DNA of 64,000 bases from Candidatus Moanibacter sp. (GCA_965215885.1 CBDCEW010000096.1:65401-129400); one strand, 5' to 3'. Shown: positions 10,573 to 21,828, counted from the first letter of the stretch. Notes: generated by a model from the sequence alone, not told the origin. Made by a program: numbers and translations.

Positions 10573-11604
10573 TCAATTCTCCCACGGGTGCAGGATTATC
10601 TTCCCGCATTGGTTGCCGGCCCTCGTTTCCATCGCCTCTTGTACTTTGGAAAAGGGAAAGGTGTGGGTAATCAACTTATCGAGTAAAGATTTTGCTCCGC
10701 GAATCGTCCCCATCATCGCCTGTGTGTCGCGCTGATGGTTCCAGTGCCAGCATCCGTGCACTGTCAGCCCCTTGCCGTTGATTTCTTTCGCGTGCATGGG
10801 GCCTCCCCAACCCGGTGTGGCAATCTGGCCTCTTCTCGCGGCAGCTTTCACCAGAAAATCCGGCCCCGTATCGACGCTGCTGCATTCGACGCTCTTGGGC
10901 ACGCCTCGACCGTCGGTTAGATCCATTATTTCCTCGAGCGCACCGTCACCTGTTGGATCGATGACGGCTTCTACCCCCAGGTCCCTGGCGAGGCCGATGC
11001 GGTAGGGATTCATGTCAAGGCCGATCACCCTTGCGCCCCGGAAGAGGGCGATTGTCGCGGTGCCGAGTCCCACCGGACCGAGGCCGGAGATCAACACTGT
11101 ATCGGTTGCCGTGACTTGCATGGTCTGCATCGCGTTAAATCCGGGCCCGAAGCCGCAACACGCCATGCTGGCGTGGTCGTAGGTCAGATAGTCAGGAATG
11201 GGTACCAGGAGCCAGTCCTGTTGCACGCAGTATTGTGCCAATGTGGAGGTGCCCGTTTCGTTGCCACAGATCGCTTTTGGATCCTTTTTGTTCTGGCAGT
11301 AGATGTGATCACCCGAGGTGCACAGATCACAGACACCGCAGCCGCTTTGCGGCATCACCACAACACGGTCACCAGTTTTTACCATACTTACTGCGGGACC
11401 GATATCGGTCACCTCGCCCGCGGCCTCATGACCTCCGAGAGGTCCGGTACCGCCCTTAAGAAATCGATGAAACTCCGTGCAAAGAGGAGCGGCGTGGATC
11501 TTGATTTTTACGTAATTCTCTGCCACTTGAGGATCATCAGTATCTTCAAGTCGGCATTGACTTTTAGCTGTTACTACAAGTTGTTTCATTTCATTCCCTT
11601 CCAT
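10573..11604 (-). CDS. Zinc-binding MDR dehydrogenase
   Basis: GHEAAG, CGVCDLC...C structural Zn site, GLGPVG. Confidence 0.9.
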   Translation of the reverse strand: MEGNEMKQLVVTAKSQCRLEDTDDPQVAENYVKIKIHAAPLCTEFHRFLKGGTGPLGGHEAAGEVTDIGPAVSMVKTGDRVVVMPQSGCGVCDLCTSGDHIYCQNKKDPKAICGNETGTSTLAQYCVQQDWLLVPIPDYLTYDHASMACCGFGPGFNAMQTMQVTATDTVLISGLGPVGLGTATIALFRGARVIGLDMNPYRIGLARDLGVEAVIDPTGDGALEEIMDLTDGRGVPKSVECSSVDTGPDFLVKAAARRGQIATPGWGGPMHAKEINGKGLTVHGCWHWNHQRDTQAMMGTIRGAKSLLDKLITHTFPFSKVQEAMETRAGNQCGKIILHPWEN

Positions 11605-11826
11605 CTATCTTTGCACTCGTCAAAAAAGCGCCGGAATACGGCACTTGTTGCCCAACGACTTGCCCATTGCCAGTTCAGGTCACTATGATGGAATGGTAAG
11701 CTTAATCAGGACAAGAGAATTATTGAAGCCCGGCGAAAAGTTGACACCACGTATAAGGATTAGGGCATCGTTTTTATTGGCAGTGTCTCCGCCTTCGCAG
11801 ACGCGCTGAATGAAAGGTCTTTAAAA

Positions 11827-13128
11827 ATGAATATCTCCGAACTGCACGCTAAAGCGGCTCGTCTGGAGCGGGAACTGCAGGAGTCTGGAGCACGGGATAT
11901 TCTGGCGCAAGCGACCCACGACCCCGGGGCTGTCACCGCCGAACTCGCCCGCACCCGGGCCTACGCGTTTGACGCCGCGACACTGTCGCTCGAGGACGTG
12001 GTAGCGAGCTGTGCCGATTCACTTGACCGATACGGATTCTGTGTCGTCGACCATGTAATTCCAGTCGACCAGGTAGATGCCATTCGCGAGGAAGCAGTGG
12101 CGGCGCATCCGCTTATTGAACGAAATATTCAAGGCATCAAGGATCTCTTTGCTCAGGAGGGGGCTAACGCAGAGGAGTTGCTCAATGGGCAGGCCGCGGC
12201 TGAGAACGTGGAGTTAAGGCCGGTGCGCCGGGCTGGGCATCCACCGAAACCCCCCAACGATGTTATCTGGATGCCGCAGTACGCCCGCCATTTAGCCACC
12301 CCTGTGATTACCGCCGTGGCACGCCACGTCCTGGACGATCACCTTCGGATCGCACAGCTGCATACGCGTTTCATTAAGACCGACAAAGAGTATTACAAAG
12401 GGAGGGCTGACACGGTCATGACCGAGCGCGGTAGAGACAGACGTGAATGGCACACGGACTGGCCCCATGACCTGTCCGCCTACGGAAAGGACGATCCCGA
12501 CTTAAACGTGGGTTGTATCCGCCAACCCTTCCCCGACTTAACCATGTGCCTGGTAATGATCTGGTATTTAACCGACGTGGATGAAAGCTCGGGCGGCACG
12601 TGGATCGTACCTGGATCGCATAAGGACAAGCGTAATCCACGAGGGCCGGCTGATGATATTACAGTCGCTGCGCCCATCCCCGGGGACATGCAGGTAACAG
12701 CGCCGGCGGGATCCGTCTATATCCAGGATTCGCGGTGTTGGCATGCATCGGCCCGGCACAATCCGAGTGGCCGGGAAAGAGTTGCCGTGGTGAACCGCTG
12801 GTGCCCTTGGTGGTTGTCTGTCGACGACTTCGCACCCGGAGAAAAGTACAATGTCAACACGGTTTGCCGGCCGCTGGCACACGAGGAGTATCTGGCATTG
12901 CCGCCTGACCTGCGACCGTTGATGCGGCACCTCTGCCCCGATGAGCATGACACGCTGCAGCAGCCTGTGCTCGATCGCGCCGAAGCAGCTCATTTGCGTA
13001 CAAGGACGGGATTTCAGCAAGAGAAGGATAATCCCGACTGCCTCGCGAAAGCCAACGCCCACATCCGCGTGCCACTTCGGCCGCAGCCTCATGAACGTAT
13101 CGCCGGTGCGCCCGGCGGGGAGTTTTAA
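11827..13128 (+). CDS. Phytanoyl-CoA dioxygenase (PhyH) family protein
   Basis: YGFCVV, WHTDW, GGTWIVPGSH, WHAS. Confidence 0.88.
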   Translation: MNISELHAKAARLERELQESGARDILAQATHDPGAVTAELARTRAYAFDAATLSLEDVVASCADSLDRYGFCVVDHVIPVDQVDAIREEAVAAHPLIERNIQGIKDLFAQEGANAEELLNGQAAAENVELRPVRRAGHPPKPPNDVIWMPQYARHLATPVITAVARHVLDDHLRIAQLHTRFIKTDKEYYKGRADTVMTERGRDRREWHTDWPHDLSAYGKDDPDLNVGCIRQPFPDLTMCLVMIWYLTDVDESSGGTWIVPGSHKDKRNPRGPADDITVAAPIPGDMQVTAPAGSVYIQDSRCWHASARHNPSGRERVAVVNRWCPWWLSVDDFAPGEKYNVNTVCRPLAHEEYLALPPDLRPLMRHLCPDEHDTLQQPVLDRAEAAHLRTRTGFQQEKDNPDCLAKANAHIRVPLRPQPHERIAGAPGGEF

Positions 13129-13295
13129 ATCCGCCGCATGCCCTACGGACGGAGAAAGTGAAAGCGATTTCTTATCAATAATAACGCACAGATCAACTGG
13201 TTCCAGGCCGGTTCCGCCCTCAACCTGATCAAGAACCAGCAATCAGCCTGATGAGTTCGAATCCAAAGTAGTGTTCTTTTTGAAACTTTAGAAAG

Positions 13296-14399
13296 ATGGG
13301 AAAGATCTACAAAGCAGCAGCGATCGGGCGGACGGGGGCGGGAAAATTCGGGCACGGCCTGCACCTCCCCTACAAACTGTTGCCAAACGTGGAAATGGTC
13401 GCCGTGGCGGACGAGCACGAGGAGGGCCGGGAAAAGGCGCGCTTTGATTCCGAAGCGCAACGGGGCTACGCGGACTACCGGGAGATGCTGAGGAAAGAGG
13501 AATTGGACATCGTCAGCGTCTGCCCGCGATGGCTCGATCAGCGGCTGGACATGGTTCTGGCCTGCATCGAGGCGGGTTGCCACGTCTACTGCGAAAAACC
13601 GTTCGCGATCAGCCTGGAGGACGCGGACCAAATGGTCGAAGCGGCCGACGAGGCCGGGGTCAAAATTGCCATCGGACATTTTCACGGCGCCTACATGCCC
13701 GGCGTGGCCAGTTTGAAGCGCGAGATTGAAAACGGGCGCATCGGCCGCCTCATGTCCCTGCACGCGCACGGCAAGTACGACCACCGGGGCGGCGGCGAGG
13801 ACGCCATGGATCTGGGCACGCATAAGTTTGACCTGATGCGCTACCTGGCCGGGGAGATCGATTGGATGTTTGCCCGAATCACCGTCGATGGGCGCGAGAT
13901 CCAACCGGGAGATGTGCATGAAGCAACGGAGCCGCTGGGGCCGGTGGTGGGCGACTGGATCGACGCTTATTTCGCGTTTTCAAACGGGGTCGCAGGGTTC
14001 TTCGACTCGCGTCGGAACCAGATCGGGCGCAACGACCGCTACGGCCTGGAGATTGTTGGGGACGCTGGCACGATCTCCCTGCGCGGGGGAACGGTCGATA
14101 CCCTCATGATTTATCCCTACCCGCTCTGGGAGCCGTGCAAATCCGAACAAGCATGGGAACCGCTGGAATTAGCAGGGCAAACCGGGAAAACGATCGCGGA
14201 CGGGCACGTGCTCGCGATCGAGGACCTGATCGGAGCCATCGAAGAGGACCGAAACCCCATCTGCAGCGGACGCGATGGGGCAAAGACGATTGAAATGGTG
14301 ATGGGCTGCTACGAGTCCCAGATCACCGGAGCCCGTGTGTATCTACCGATGAGGAATCGTTCACATCCGCTGGTGCGGTTCAATTTAAACCACCGATGA
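13296..14399 (+). CDS. Gfo/Idh/MocA family oxidoreductase
   Basis: Rossmann N-terminus, HVYCEKP, MDLGTH. Confidence 0.9.
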   Translation: MGKIYKAAAIGRTGAGKFGHGLHLPYKLLPNVEMVAVADEHEEGREKARFDSEAQRGYADYREMLRKEELDIVSVCPRWLDQRLDMVLACIEAGCHVYCEKPFAISLEDADQMVEAADEAGVKIAIGHFHGAYMPGVASLKREIENGRIGRLMSLHAHGKYDHRGGGEDAMDLGTHKFDLMRYLAGEIDWMFARITVDGREIQPGDVHEATEPLGPVVGDWIDAYFAFSNGVAGFFDSRRNQIGRNDRYGLEIVGDAGTISLRGGTVDTLMIYPYPLWEPCKSEQAWEPLELAGQTGKTIADGHVLAIEDLIGAIEEDRNPICSGRDGAKTIEMVMGCYESQITGARVYLPMRNRSHPLVRFNLNHR

Positions 14400-14449
14400 C
14401 TTGGAGCAGCGAAGCCGCAACCAAAAAAGAGGGGGAGATGCAGCCGAAC

Positions 14450-14482
14450 CTTTGTCGTAAGCTTCGTCGTCAACTTTGTCGT
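14450..14482 (+). repeat. Dispersed repeat with 12 bp periodicity; another copy at ~47528-47560 and related units at ~47633-47665
   Basis: ctttgtcgtaagcttcgtcgtcaactttgtcg is identical at both loci; each has an agcgaagccgcaa motif upstream. Confidence 0.75.
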
Positions 14483-14625
14483 CGTTGCTCTCTCGAGGAG
14501 GCTTACGATGAAGAATCACGCACCCTATTCCAAACCTACCTTCAAAAAATGCGCTCGCGAATCCATCCGTTTTAATCGGTGGTTAACATCCGTGTTCATC
14601 TTCCCCGCAAACACTACCGAAACAA

Positions 14626-15738
14626 ATGAGCATTAAAGTCGGCATTGTCGGGTTGGGCGGGATCGCGGCTCGGCACGCCCAAGGTTATGATCACCTCGAC
14701 GCCGTTGAACTCGTCGCCTTTTGCGATATCAATCCCGAGGCGCTTAAGAAGCGAGCGGATGAATTTGATGTTACGGGCCGCTACGACGATTACCAAAAAA
14801 TGATCGATGCGGAGGACCTCGACCTCATCAGCGTCTGCACCCAGGCACCGATGCACGCGCCGGTGGCAATCGCCGCAGCGCAAGCGGGTGTCCACGTGCT
14901 CTCGGAAAAACCGCTCTCCGTCGATTTGGAACGCGCGGATCAGATGATTGAAGCGGCCCGCCAGGCCGGGGTAAAACTGGCCGTCAGCCACCAGTACCGT
15001 TTCAGCCCCGCGGTCCGCCGCGCCAAGAAGATGGCGAATTCGGGCAAGATCGGGAAGTTTCGTTCCGTCCGGGAAATCGGTAAGGGCCGCGAGGCCGGTT
15101 TTGAGCTGATGGAGATGGGGGTGCACTATTTCGACGAAATGGATTTTCTGATGGGCGGTATTGAGTGGGTCCACGCCCAGATATCTTACCAAGGGCATTC
15201 GGTCACCGGGGACGATATCATGCACAGCAGCAAACTGTGCACGACAGACCGTCGGGATAACGGGATGGTGGCGGGAGACACCATGACGATCCACCTCGGC
15301 GGCCCCAACGGCGTGTCCGGTATCATCGAACTTTACAAGCGGGAGTCCAGGCACGGGTGGGTGTGGGGTCCCCACCTGCTTGGCGAATCCGGACAGATTA
15401 TGGTAAAGCCTCGGCCCCATACCGGGATTGACGAGATGTGGTTTTGCCCCTTCGACGTCTCTTTCGCCGCCCATACACCGCCTTGGGAACGAGTGAAGAT
15501 TCCCCAGGAGGATTACATTATTGAAGGAAAGGCGTGGGGGCCCCAGCACTCGATCTGGAGCGTCCAGAATATGATCGAGGCGATTCGCAACGATTCTGAA
15601 CCCGAGCTCGGCGGGCAAAACGCCCTGACTTCGCTCCAGTGCGTCAGCGCGGTCTATGAATCCCACTTCACCGGATCCCGCGCTTATCTGCCGTTGCGGG
15701 ACCGCCGCCACCCCCTCGTAAAGCGTCTTGCAAGCTGA
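14626..15738 (+). CDS. Gfo/Idh/MocA family oxidoreductase
   Basis: VGIVGLGGIA, HVLSEKP, EMGVHYFD. Confidence 0.9.
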   Translation: MSIKVGIVGLGGIAARHAQGYDHLDAVELVAFCDINPEALKKRADEFDVTGRYDDYQKMIDAEDLDLISVCTQAPMHAPVAIAAAQAGVHVLSEKPLSVDLERADQMIEAARQAGVKLAVSHQYRFSPAVRRAKKMANSGKIGKFRSVREIGKGREAGFELMEMGVHYFDEMDFLMGGIEWVHAQISYQGHSVTGDDIMHSSKLCTTDRRDNGMVAGDTMTIHLGGPNGVSGIIELYKRESRHGWVWGPHLLGESGQIMVKPRPHTGIDEMWFCPFDVSFAAHTPPWERVKIPQEDYIIEGKAWGPQHSIWSVQNMIEAIRNDSEPELGGQNALTSLQCVSAVYESHFTGSRAYLPLRDRRHPLVKRLAS

Positions 15739-15919
15739 TTTCCGCTCGGCATCCCTGCCGATTAACCAAAGCGCTCGTAGACGAAGACCTGAAAAAGGTG
15801 GTCATCGACGGTGGACGCGTGGGTCTCGAAAGGAAGCGGAGAATATGACGATCGGAGCCAATACGCCCTCGATCTTACAAGAAATTTGACCCCGACAATT
15901 CAACTACCATACTTAAATT

Positions 15920-16777
15920 ATGGTTGAATGTAGTCCGATCAGTTCCGGCGAAAAGTTCTGCGAAGAGAAGGCTCGACAAGTCGTCGATGATTTCTACCGC
16001 GATGGTTTCGCGTATATCCCCAGTGTACTGAATCCGGAGGAAATTGAAGTCCTGCGCAATAGAACCGATGCATTGCTCGACGATCCGATTCTCGCTACGA
16101 GAGAAAATCCGGATCTGAGCGATAAACGTTACGTTCAGGTAAGCCGACACAGCGAATCGGGAGAGGAACTCCCGTTTATCCTACGAAATACCATTGAACT
16201 GGATCCTGTTTTCCGGGACATGCTGATACGCGAGCCGATCCTCGGTCTGGCTGAAGCTATTGTGGGACCTGACTGCAAATTCTGCGGCCAGAATGTTCTG
16301 CGTAATTTGCCTAGTGTAGCCATCGAGCGTTGGCATGTCGACGGAACCGTGCATTTTCCGGTACCCGAAGAGGTCCCGCGCCACGACCCGCGGATACGCC
16401 CACCGGTTCTCTGGTTCACGGTTCAGATCGCCTTGAGCGATATCGAGACCATCGACCATGGCCCTACTCAGTACGTCCCGGGTAGCCACTATTCGGGGCG
16501 GGGTCCCAACAGCCAGGAAAATCCCGAATTTGAGGGACAGAGACCCGTCTCGATTTTCTGCAAAGCGGGCGACAGCTACCTGCAGGATCCACAGTGCTGG
16601 CACCGAGGAGCGCCAAATACATCCGATCGAACGCGCTATCTTATGCAGTCGCAGTACGCCGTCGCATGGGCTTACCGCCGTTTCGGCTGGATGAATCGGG
16701 TCCCCGTTCACGAGAAAGACTTGCGGACTTCAAACGAGCGGCTGCTGAAAGTGCTCGGGCGGAGACGGCCATTGTAG
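15920..16777 (+). CDS. PhyH family dioxygenase
   Basis: FYRDGF, WHVD, GPTQYVPGSH, WHRG. Confidence 0.88.
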   Translation: MVECSPISSGEKFCEEKARQVVDDFYRDGFAYIPSVLNPEEIEVLRNRTDALLDDPILATRENPDLSDKRYVQVSRHSESGEELPFILRNTIELDPVFRDMLIREPILGLAEAIVGPDCKFCGQNVLRNLPSVAIERWHVDGTVHFPVPEEVPRHDPRIRPPVLWFTVQIALSDIETIDHGPTQYVPGSHYSGRGPNSQENPEFEGQRPVSIFCKAGDSYLQDPQCWHRGAPNTSDRTRYLMQSQYAVAWAYRRFGWMNRVPVHEKDLRTSNERLLKVLGRRRPL

Positions 16778-16894
16778 ACAGTAAGTCCAGGAAGAGCTGA
16801 ATCGGAGATAATTGTGCATGTGCTCAATAGCAGCTCCTTGCTTGAAATCCGGAAAATTGGCAATAGAACGCTCTTGGTCCTCTAGGCATCACCC

Positions 16895-17872
16895 ATGCAC
16901 TCCTTCCCACCAAAATCTGAGCTGACGATCTGTTTCGCTCACGTAGCCTATCAATTGGCATCGACCTTCCAGAGTCTTGAAAAGGGACTTCGGCATTTCC
17001 AGACATGGAACGCCGAGGAGACGCAGGCACGCATCGGTGAGGCCGATATTATGGTAGTTTCCGGACTTTGGAGCGACGACCTACTGCCGGAAGCGGCAAA
17101 GCTTCGCTTCATCCAGTCCATCGGAGCCGGCTATGACCAGTTTCCGGTCGACTTGCTGAGGGAGAGAGGAATTCGCCTGGCGAGCGCGCAGGGCGTAAAC
17201 CGGAACGCCGTCAGCGAGCATGTCTTCGCCCTCATCCTGGCGCTGACCCGGAAAATTCACATCGAGCGCGACAATCAGGGCAAGCGCCACTGGCGCCCGA
17301 TGATCCAAGAGATTGCGCAGAGGGAGGACGAACTGGCGGGAAAGACACTCGGTATCGTCGGATTGGGTCATATCGGGTCGCGTGTGGCGCGACTGGGAAA
17401 GGCTTTTGATATGCGGGTTATCGCGATAAAACGGCGGACCGCGGAACATGACGGGACAGCCGACCTCGTGCTCCCTCCCGACCAGCTTCCGGTGCTCGTC
17501 CAGCAGTCGGACTTCGTCGTTCTGACCTGTCCGCTGACAACCGAAACCCAGGGATTGATCGACCAAACGGTTCTGGGAAAAATGAAGCGCTCTGCCTATC
17601 TAGTCAATGTTGCACGAGGGGCTTGTGTTGATGAATCTGCTCTCATCGAAGCGCTTCGCTCAAAAAGCATTGCAGGAGCGGGCCTGGACCATTTGGTTGA
17701 CGACCCTCTCCCGGAATCGAGCCCCTTCTGGGATTTGAAGAACCTGATTGTGACGCCACATACGGCGGGAGAGACGCAGCTTTACGAGCGGAACGTGATC
17801 GAGATCCTGCTCGAAAACATCGATAGGCTCAGCCGAGGAGATGCCCGTCTGAGAAACGAAGTCTTGTGTTGA
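16895..17872 (+). CDS. D-2-hydroxyacid dehydrogenase
   Basis: GIVGLGHIG, VNVARG, TPHTAG. Confidence 0.92.
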   Translation: MHSFPPKSELTICFAHVAYQLASTFQSLEKGLRHFQTWNAEETQARIGEADIMVVSGLWSDDLLPEAAKLRFIQSIGAGYDQFPVDLLRERGIRLASAQGVNRNAVSEHVFALILALTRKIHIERDNQGKRHWRPMIQEIAQREDELAGKTLGIVGLGHIGSRVARLGKAFDMRVIAIKRRTAEHDGTADLVLPPDQLPVLVQQSDFVVLTCPLTTETQGLIDQTVLGKMKRSAYLVNVARGACVDESALIEALRSKSIAGAGLDHLVDDPLPESSPFWDLKNLIVTPHTAGETQLYERNVIEILLENIDRLSRGDARLRNEVLC

Positions 17873-18028
17873 GCTCCGTAAGTCGGACAGTGAACATTGA
17901 ACATTCAGTCCCGGCTTGCCGGAATAGTGCGGACCTTTAGTGTTCGAAACTGATGGACTTCAATTTCGAACGCTTAAACTCCAAAATGTGATCAAAATTC
18001 CAGGTTCCAATTGAGAATAATCTAAGAA

Positions 18029-18889
18029 ATGTCCCAAACAGAAATCGACCTAACGGAAACCACACCAGCTTCTCAAACAATGGGGTACACAACCCTCACA
18101 TCTGAGCAGAAGGAATTCTTCGAGAACAACGGCTATCTGCGGATCAAGAATGCATTGCCCTCGGAGGTCGTTGCCGAACTTGATGCCGCAATCGATGAGA
18201 TCTACGCCGACGAAGAAAGGGAGGGCCGTCTGGAAGAAAGAGGAAAGTTGAATATCCGTAATTGCTTTACCCGGCACGATGCCTTTTTCAAGCTGCTCGA
18301 CTGGCCGGATACGGTGCCGCTCGCCTGGGGAATTCTCAACTGGAACATCGAGTTAAACACATCGAATCTGATTGTCGTCCCACCCCAACCCGGGCCGGCT
18401 CCCGAGTTTGCCTCGCGCGGCCTTCATCGGGATGGCGGCACTTCGCACCAGGAGATGCAGGAACCGCATCCCCGAATCCTGCTCAAGATCGCCTACGCCA
18501 TCAGCGATCAATCTGATCCGACCACAGGCGCAACGATCCTGGTACCGGGAAGCAATCGACTCGTCGGAAAACTTCCCGTCGACCCCGATACCGGAAAAGC
18601 GTTCGGAGCGATTTCGATGAACGTAAAAGCGGGAGACGCATTCATCTTCGAGCAGCGCACCTGGCACGGCATCGGCCATAATTCCACCGAGCAAGCAAGG
18701 AAAACGATCTTCATGGGATACGCCTTTCGATGGGTCAAACCGATGGACTACATCACGATGCCCCAGGAGCTCATCGCGAAGTGCAATCCGATACAGAAAC
18801 AGCTCCTGGGCGTTGTCGGCGATCCCCTGGGTTACTATCTTCCCAAGGATGAGGATGTGCCGTTGCGGGCGTTGGTAGAGGGGTGCTGA
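18029..18889 (+). CDS. PhyH family dioxygenase
   Basis: FFENNGYL, LHRDGG, LVPGSN, WHG. Confidence 0.88.
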   Translation: MSQTEIDLTETTPASQTMGYTTLTSEQKEFFENNGYLRIKNALPSEVVAELDAAIDEIYADEEREGRLEERGKLNIRNCFTRHDAFFKLLDWPDTVPLAWGILNWNIELNTSNLIVVPPQPGPAPEFASRGLHRDGGTSHQEMQEPHPRILLKIAYAISDQSDPTTGATILVPGSNRLVGKLPVDPDTGKAFGAISMNVKAGDAFIFEQRTWHGIGHNSTEQARKTIFMGYAFRWVKPMDYITMPQELIAKCNPIQKQLLGVVGDPLGYYLPKDEDVPLRALVEGC

Positions 18890-19050
18890 TGGAACTTTCG
18901 AATCATTCACGCAAAGCAAGTTCTTAGGAGCTTTCAGGGGAAAGGACGAAAACCACGGAGGACTTGACTATCAACCATGTAATTCCCAAATTCGATTGTT
19001 GCATAACCTTTATAAAGATTTATAACTATATAGTTTTAGCAACAATTGCA

Positions 19051-19668
19051 ATGGCAAAATACATAAGAGAACAGGTCTTGGACCTGGTAGGAGAGCAGAA
19101 GGGTCTTGTCCACCGAAAGGACCTCGAAAAGCGAGGCATTCCGACGGTATACCTGACGCGGCTGGTGCGGCAGGGAAAACTGAAGCGAGTCACACGAGGT
19201 CTTTATCTTCTGGCAGACATGGATGCTGACGCTCTCTCCGACATGGAAGGGAGCAGCTTCATTGCATGTATGCAGGTGCCTGAGGGTGTTCTGTGTCTAC
19301 TGTCCGCACTCCAATATCATGACATGACGACGCAGCTCCCGCACGAAGTATGGATGGCCATCCCTGCGGGTTCATGGAAGAAGAAAATCGACTATCCAAA
19401 CATCCGATATTTTCGATTTTCGGGCCAGTCTATGCGTGAAGGTGTCACGACAAAACCAACGCGAGGTTACGAACTCAAATTTTTCAATCCAGCTAAAACG
19501 GTAGCTGATTGCTTTAAATTTCGGAATAAGATCGGCCTGGATGTTGCGATTGAGGCACTACGTGACGGTTGGCGAAACAGAAGATTCACGATTGACGAAC
19601 TCTGGCGAAACGCGAGGGTCTGCAGGGTTGAAAATGTGATTCGGCCATACGTGGAATCGCTTCAATAG
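19051..19668 (+). CDS. Type IV TA antitoxin, AbiEi family
   Basis: N-terminal wHTH (LTRLVRQGKLKRVTRGLY), CLLSALQYHDMTTQLP, KTVADCFKFRNKIGLDVAIEAL. Confidence 0.9.
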   Translation: MAKYIREQVLDLVGEQKGLVHRKDLEKRGIPTVYLTRLVRQGKLKRVTRGLYLLADMDADALSDMEGSSFIACMQVPEGVLCLLSALQYHDMTTQLPHEVWMAIPAGSWKKKIDYPNIRYFRFSGQSMREGVTTKPTRGYELKFFNPAKTVADCFKFRNKIGLDVAIEALRDGWRNRRFTIDELWRNARVCRVENVIRPYVESLQ

Positions 19669-19676
19669 CCGAGCAA

Positions 19677-19840
19677 ATGTCTGACAAAACGAAACGGCTC
19701 GCAGCTTCGATACAACAGAGGCTTCTGAACATCGCTGGAGAGAATTCCTGCTGCCTTTGATCGACGCTTTGAATGTAGAAGACGATTTCAAGAAAGTCTG
19801 GAATGGAGGAGGCCCTTGGGTCGAATTTACTTGGACTTGA
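19677..19840 (+). pseudogene. AbiEii toxin remnant with only the N- and C-termini left
   Basis: MSDKTKRLAASIQQRLLNIA is joined out of frame to REFLLPLIDAL...WNGGGPW; it lies directly after abiEi. Confidence 0.75.
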
Positions 19841-20093
19841 TATGACCGAAAATCGATACGAGAAGGTCATCCTTGCCTTCGAGGATCAGGACAGAGACAT
19901 GAGTTTGAAAGAAGGAGGGAGAGGATCAGATCCGAACGACGAAGTCGTCCGGCTACAGGAGGAATACCATGACAGAAAGCTGAACACTGACACCAGAAAC
20001 CCGTGAATCCGTGTCAACTTTTCGTCAGGACTCGAAACCTGACACTTGAAACCAGCAAATCAGTCTCAGCTTCTGATCCGGACTGAACAACCG

Positions 20094-21497
20094 ATGAGCA
20101 ACCGCCCAAACATCATCTTCATCATGTCCGATGACCATGCCTCCCATGCCATGAGTTGCTACGGGAGCCGGATCAACACGACTCCAAACCTCGATCGCAT
20201 CGCGACGGGCGGGATGCGCTTCGACAACTGCTTCTGCACAAATTCTATCTGCTCACCGAGCCGCGCTTCTATCCTGACGGGAACTTACAACCACGTTAAC
20301 GGCGTCACGACGCTATCAACTCCAATGGATAACCGTTTGCAGACTTTTCCCAAGTTGCTGCAGGAAGCTGCCTATCAAACCGCGGTATTCGGAAAATGGC
20401 ATCTCGGGGAGGGACCGAAACACTGCCCGGAGGGATTCGACGATTGGGCGGTTCTCCCTGGACAGGGCCTTTATCACAATCCGGAAATGATCTTCAAGGG
20501 GCCTGGAGGTGGCGAACGAAAAACCGTCAGGGGATACGTTACCGATATTATTACCGACATGTCCCTCGATTGGCTGAGAAACAGGGATAAGGATCGCCCC
20601 TTCTGCTTCCTCTGCCACCACAAGGCCCCCCATCGGGCATGGGAACCGGATGAAAAGCACGCCCACCTCTACCTGAATGAGGAAATACCGGAGCCGGATA
20701 CGCTCTATGACGATTATGCCAACCGGGCGTCGGCGGCCAAAGCCGCGGAAATGAGAGTCGGGGTCCATATGAGCCCACAAGACCTGAAGTGCCAAATTAA
20801 CCACGCCTTGCCGGAACAAGAGCTTCGGAAGTGGGCCTACCAGCTCTATATCAAGGACTACCTTCGGGTCGTCGCGAGCATCGACGACAATGTCGGCCGA
20901 ATCCTGGACTATCTCGAAGAAGAGCGCCTGACTGATGATACGATCGTCATCTACACTTCCGACCAGGGTTTCTTCCTCGGCGATCATGGTTGGTACGATA
21001 AGCGATTCATGTACGAAGAATCCCTCAGAATGCCGCTAATCATTCGCCACCCGAAGCAGATACCGTCAGGCAGTGATAGCAGGGACATCGTCCTCAACGT
21101 CGATTTCGCCCCCACCCTGCTCCAATTGGCCGGTCTCGATCCGCCCGAGGAAATGCAGGGCCATAGTTTTCGCTCCATTCTCCAAGGCAATGATCCGGAA
21201 TACCGGCAGACTTCCTTCTACTACCGCTACTGGATGCACAAGGCCCATCACAATGTTTACGCGCATTACGGTATTCGCACAGAGAGGTATAAGCTCATCT
21301 ATTATTACGCCGATCCTCTCGACCAACCGGGCTCAATTGGCGAACCCGAGGATCCCGAATGGGAACTGTTTGATCTCCAGAAGGATCCACACGAACTGAA
21401 TAACGTCTACGCCAACCCCGATTATCAGGAGATCGCCGCTGATCTGAAAACCGAACTCGATCGTCTACAGCGATCCGTCGGCGATGTTCCCTGCTAA
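20094..21497 (+). CDS. Sulfatase
   Basis: PNIIFIMSDDH, CSPSRAS, GKWHLG, TSDQG, DKRFMYEESL. Confidence 0.94.
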   Translation: MSNRPNIIFIMSDDHASHAMSCYGSRINTTPNLDRIATGGMRFDNCFCTNSICSPSRASILTGTYNHVNGVTTLSTPMDNRLQTFPKLLQEAAYQTAVFGKWHLGEGPKHCPEGFDDWAVLPGQGLYHNPEMIFKGPGGGERKTVRGYVTDIITDMSLDWLRNRDKDRPFCFLCHHKAPHRAWEPDEKHAHLYLNEEIPEPDTLYDDYANRASAAKAAEMRVGVHMSPQDLKCQINHALPEQELRKWAYQLYIKDYLRVVASIDDNVGRILDYLEEERLTDDTIVIYTSDQGFFLGDHGWYDKRFMYEESLRMPLIIRHPKQIPSGSDSRDIVLNVDFAPTLLQLAGLDPPEEMQGHSFRSILQGNDPEYRQTSFYYRYWMHKAHHNVYAHYGIRTERYKLIYYYADPLDQPGSIGEPEDPEWELFDLQKDPHELNNVYANPDYQEIAADLKTELDRLQRSVGDVPC

Positions 21498-21690
21498 CGA
21501 CCTGCCTCCTTCTCGACAGACCTACCCACCGGCGAAGGGCACAGGGCGAAGGACAGGGCGAAGGGGTCAGGCTTATTATTGTTGTGTCCCCCGAGATTCA
21601 GAACCGGAAACAAGGAAAGGTGACGAACGAATTATCGGTATGGGCAATACCCCAGCAATCATTGTGACACTACAATAATAAGCCTGACCC

Positions 21691-21828
21691 GAATGGCACC
21701 AACTTAGGGCAGGAATCGCTCGCAAGCGAGCTTCCTACGACGAGCGTAAGTCTTTGTAGGAAGGTCGCTTGCGGCCGAATCGGGAACATCGGTGATCACC
21801 GTAGTGATCCCTTAAGTTAGTGGCGTTC
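21691..21828. mobile_element. 138 bp MITE carrying two GTAG-type REP units
   Basis: Imperfect TIRs GAATGGCACCAACTTA / GAACGCCACTAACTTA; 11 bp direct repeat AAGCCTGACCC at 21680-21690 and 21829-21839. Confidence 0.75.

Noticed and set aside
19842..20006. 54 aa ORF after the abiEii remnant
   Set aside because: No motif or clear RBS; could be debris.
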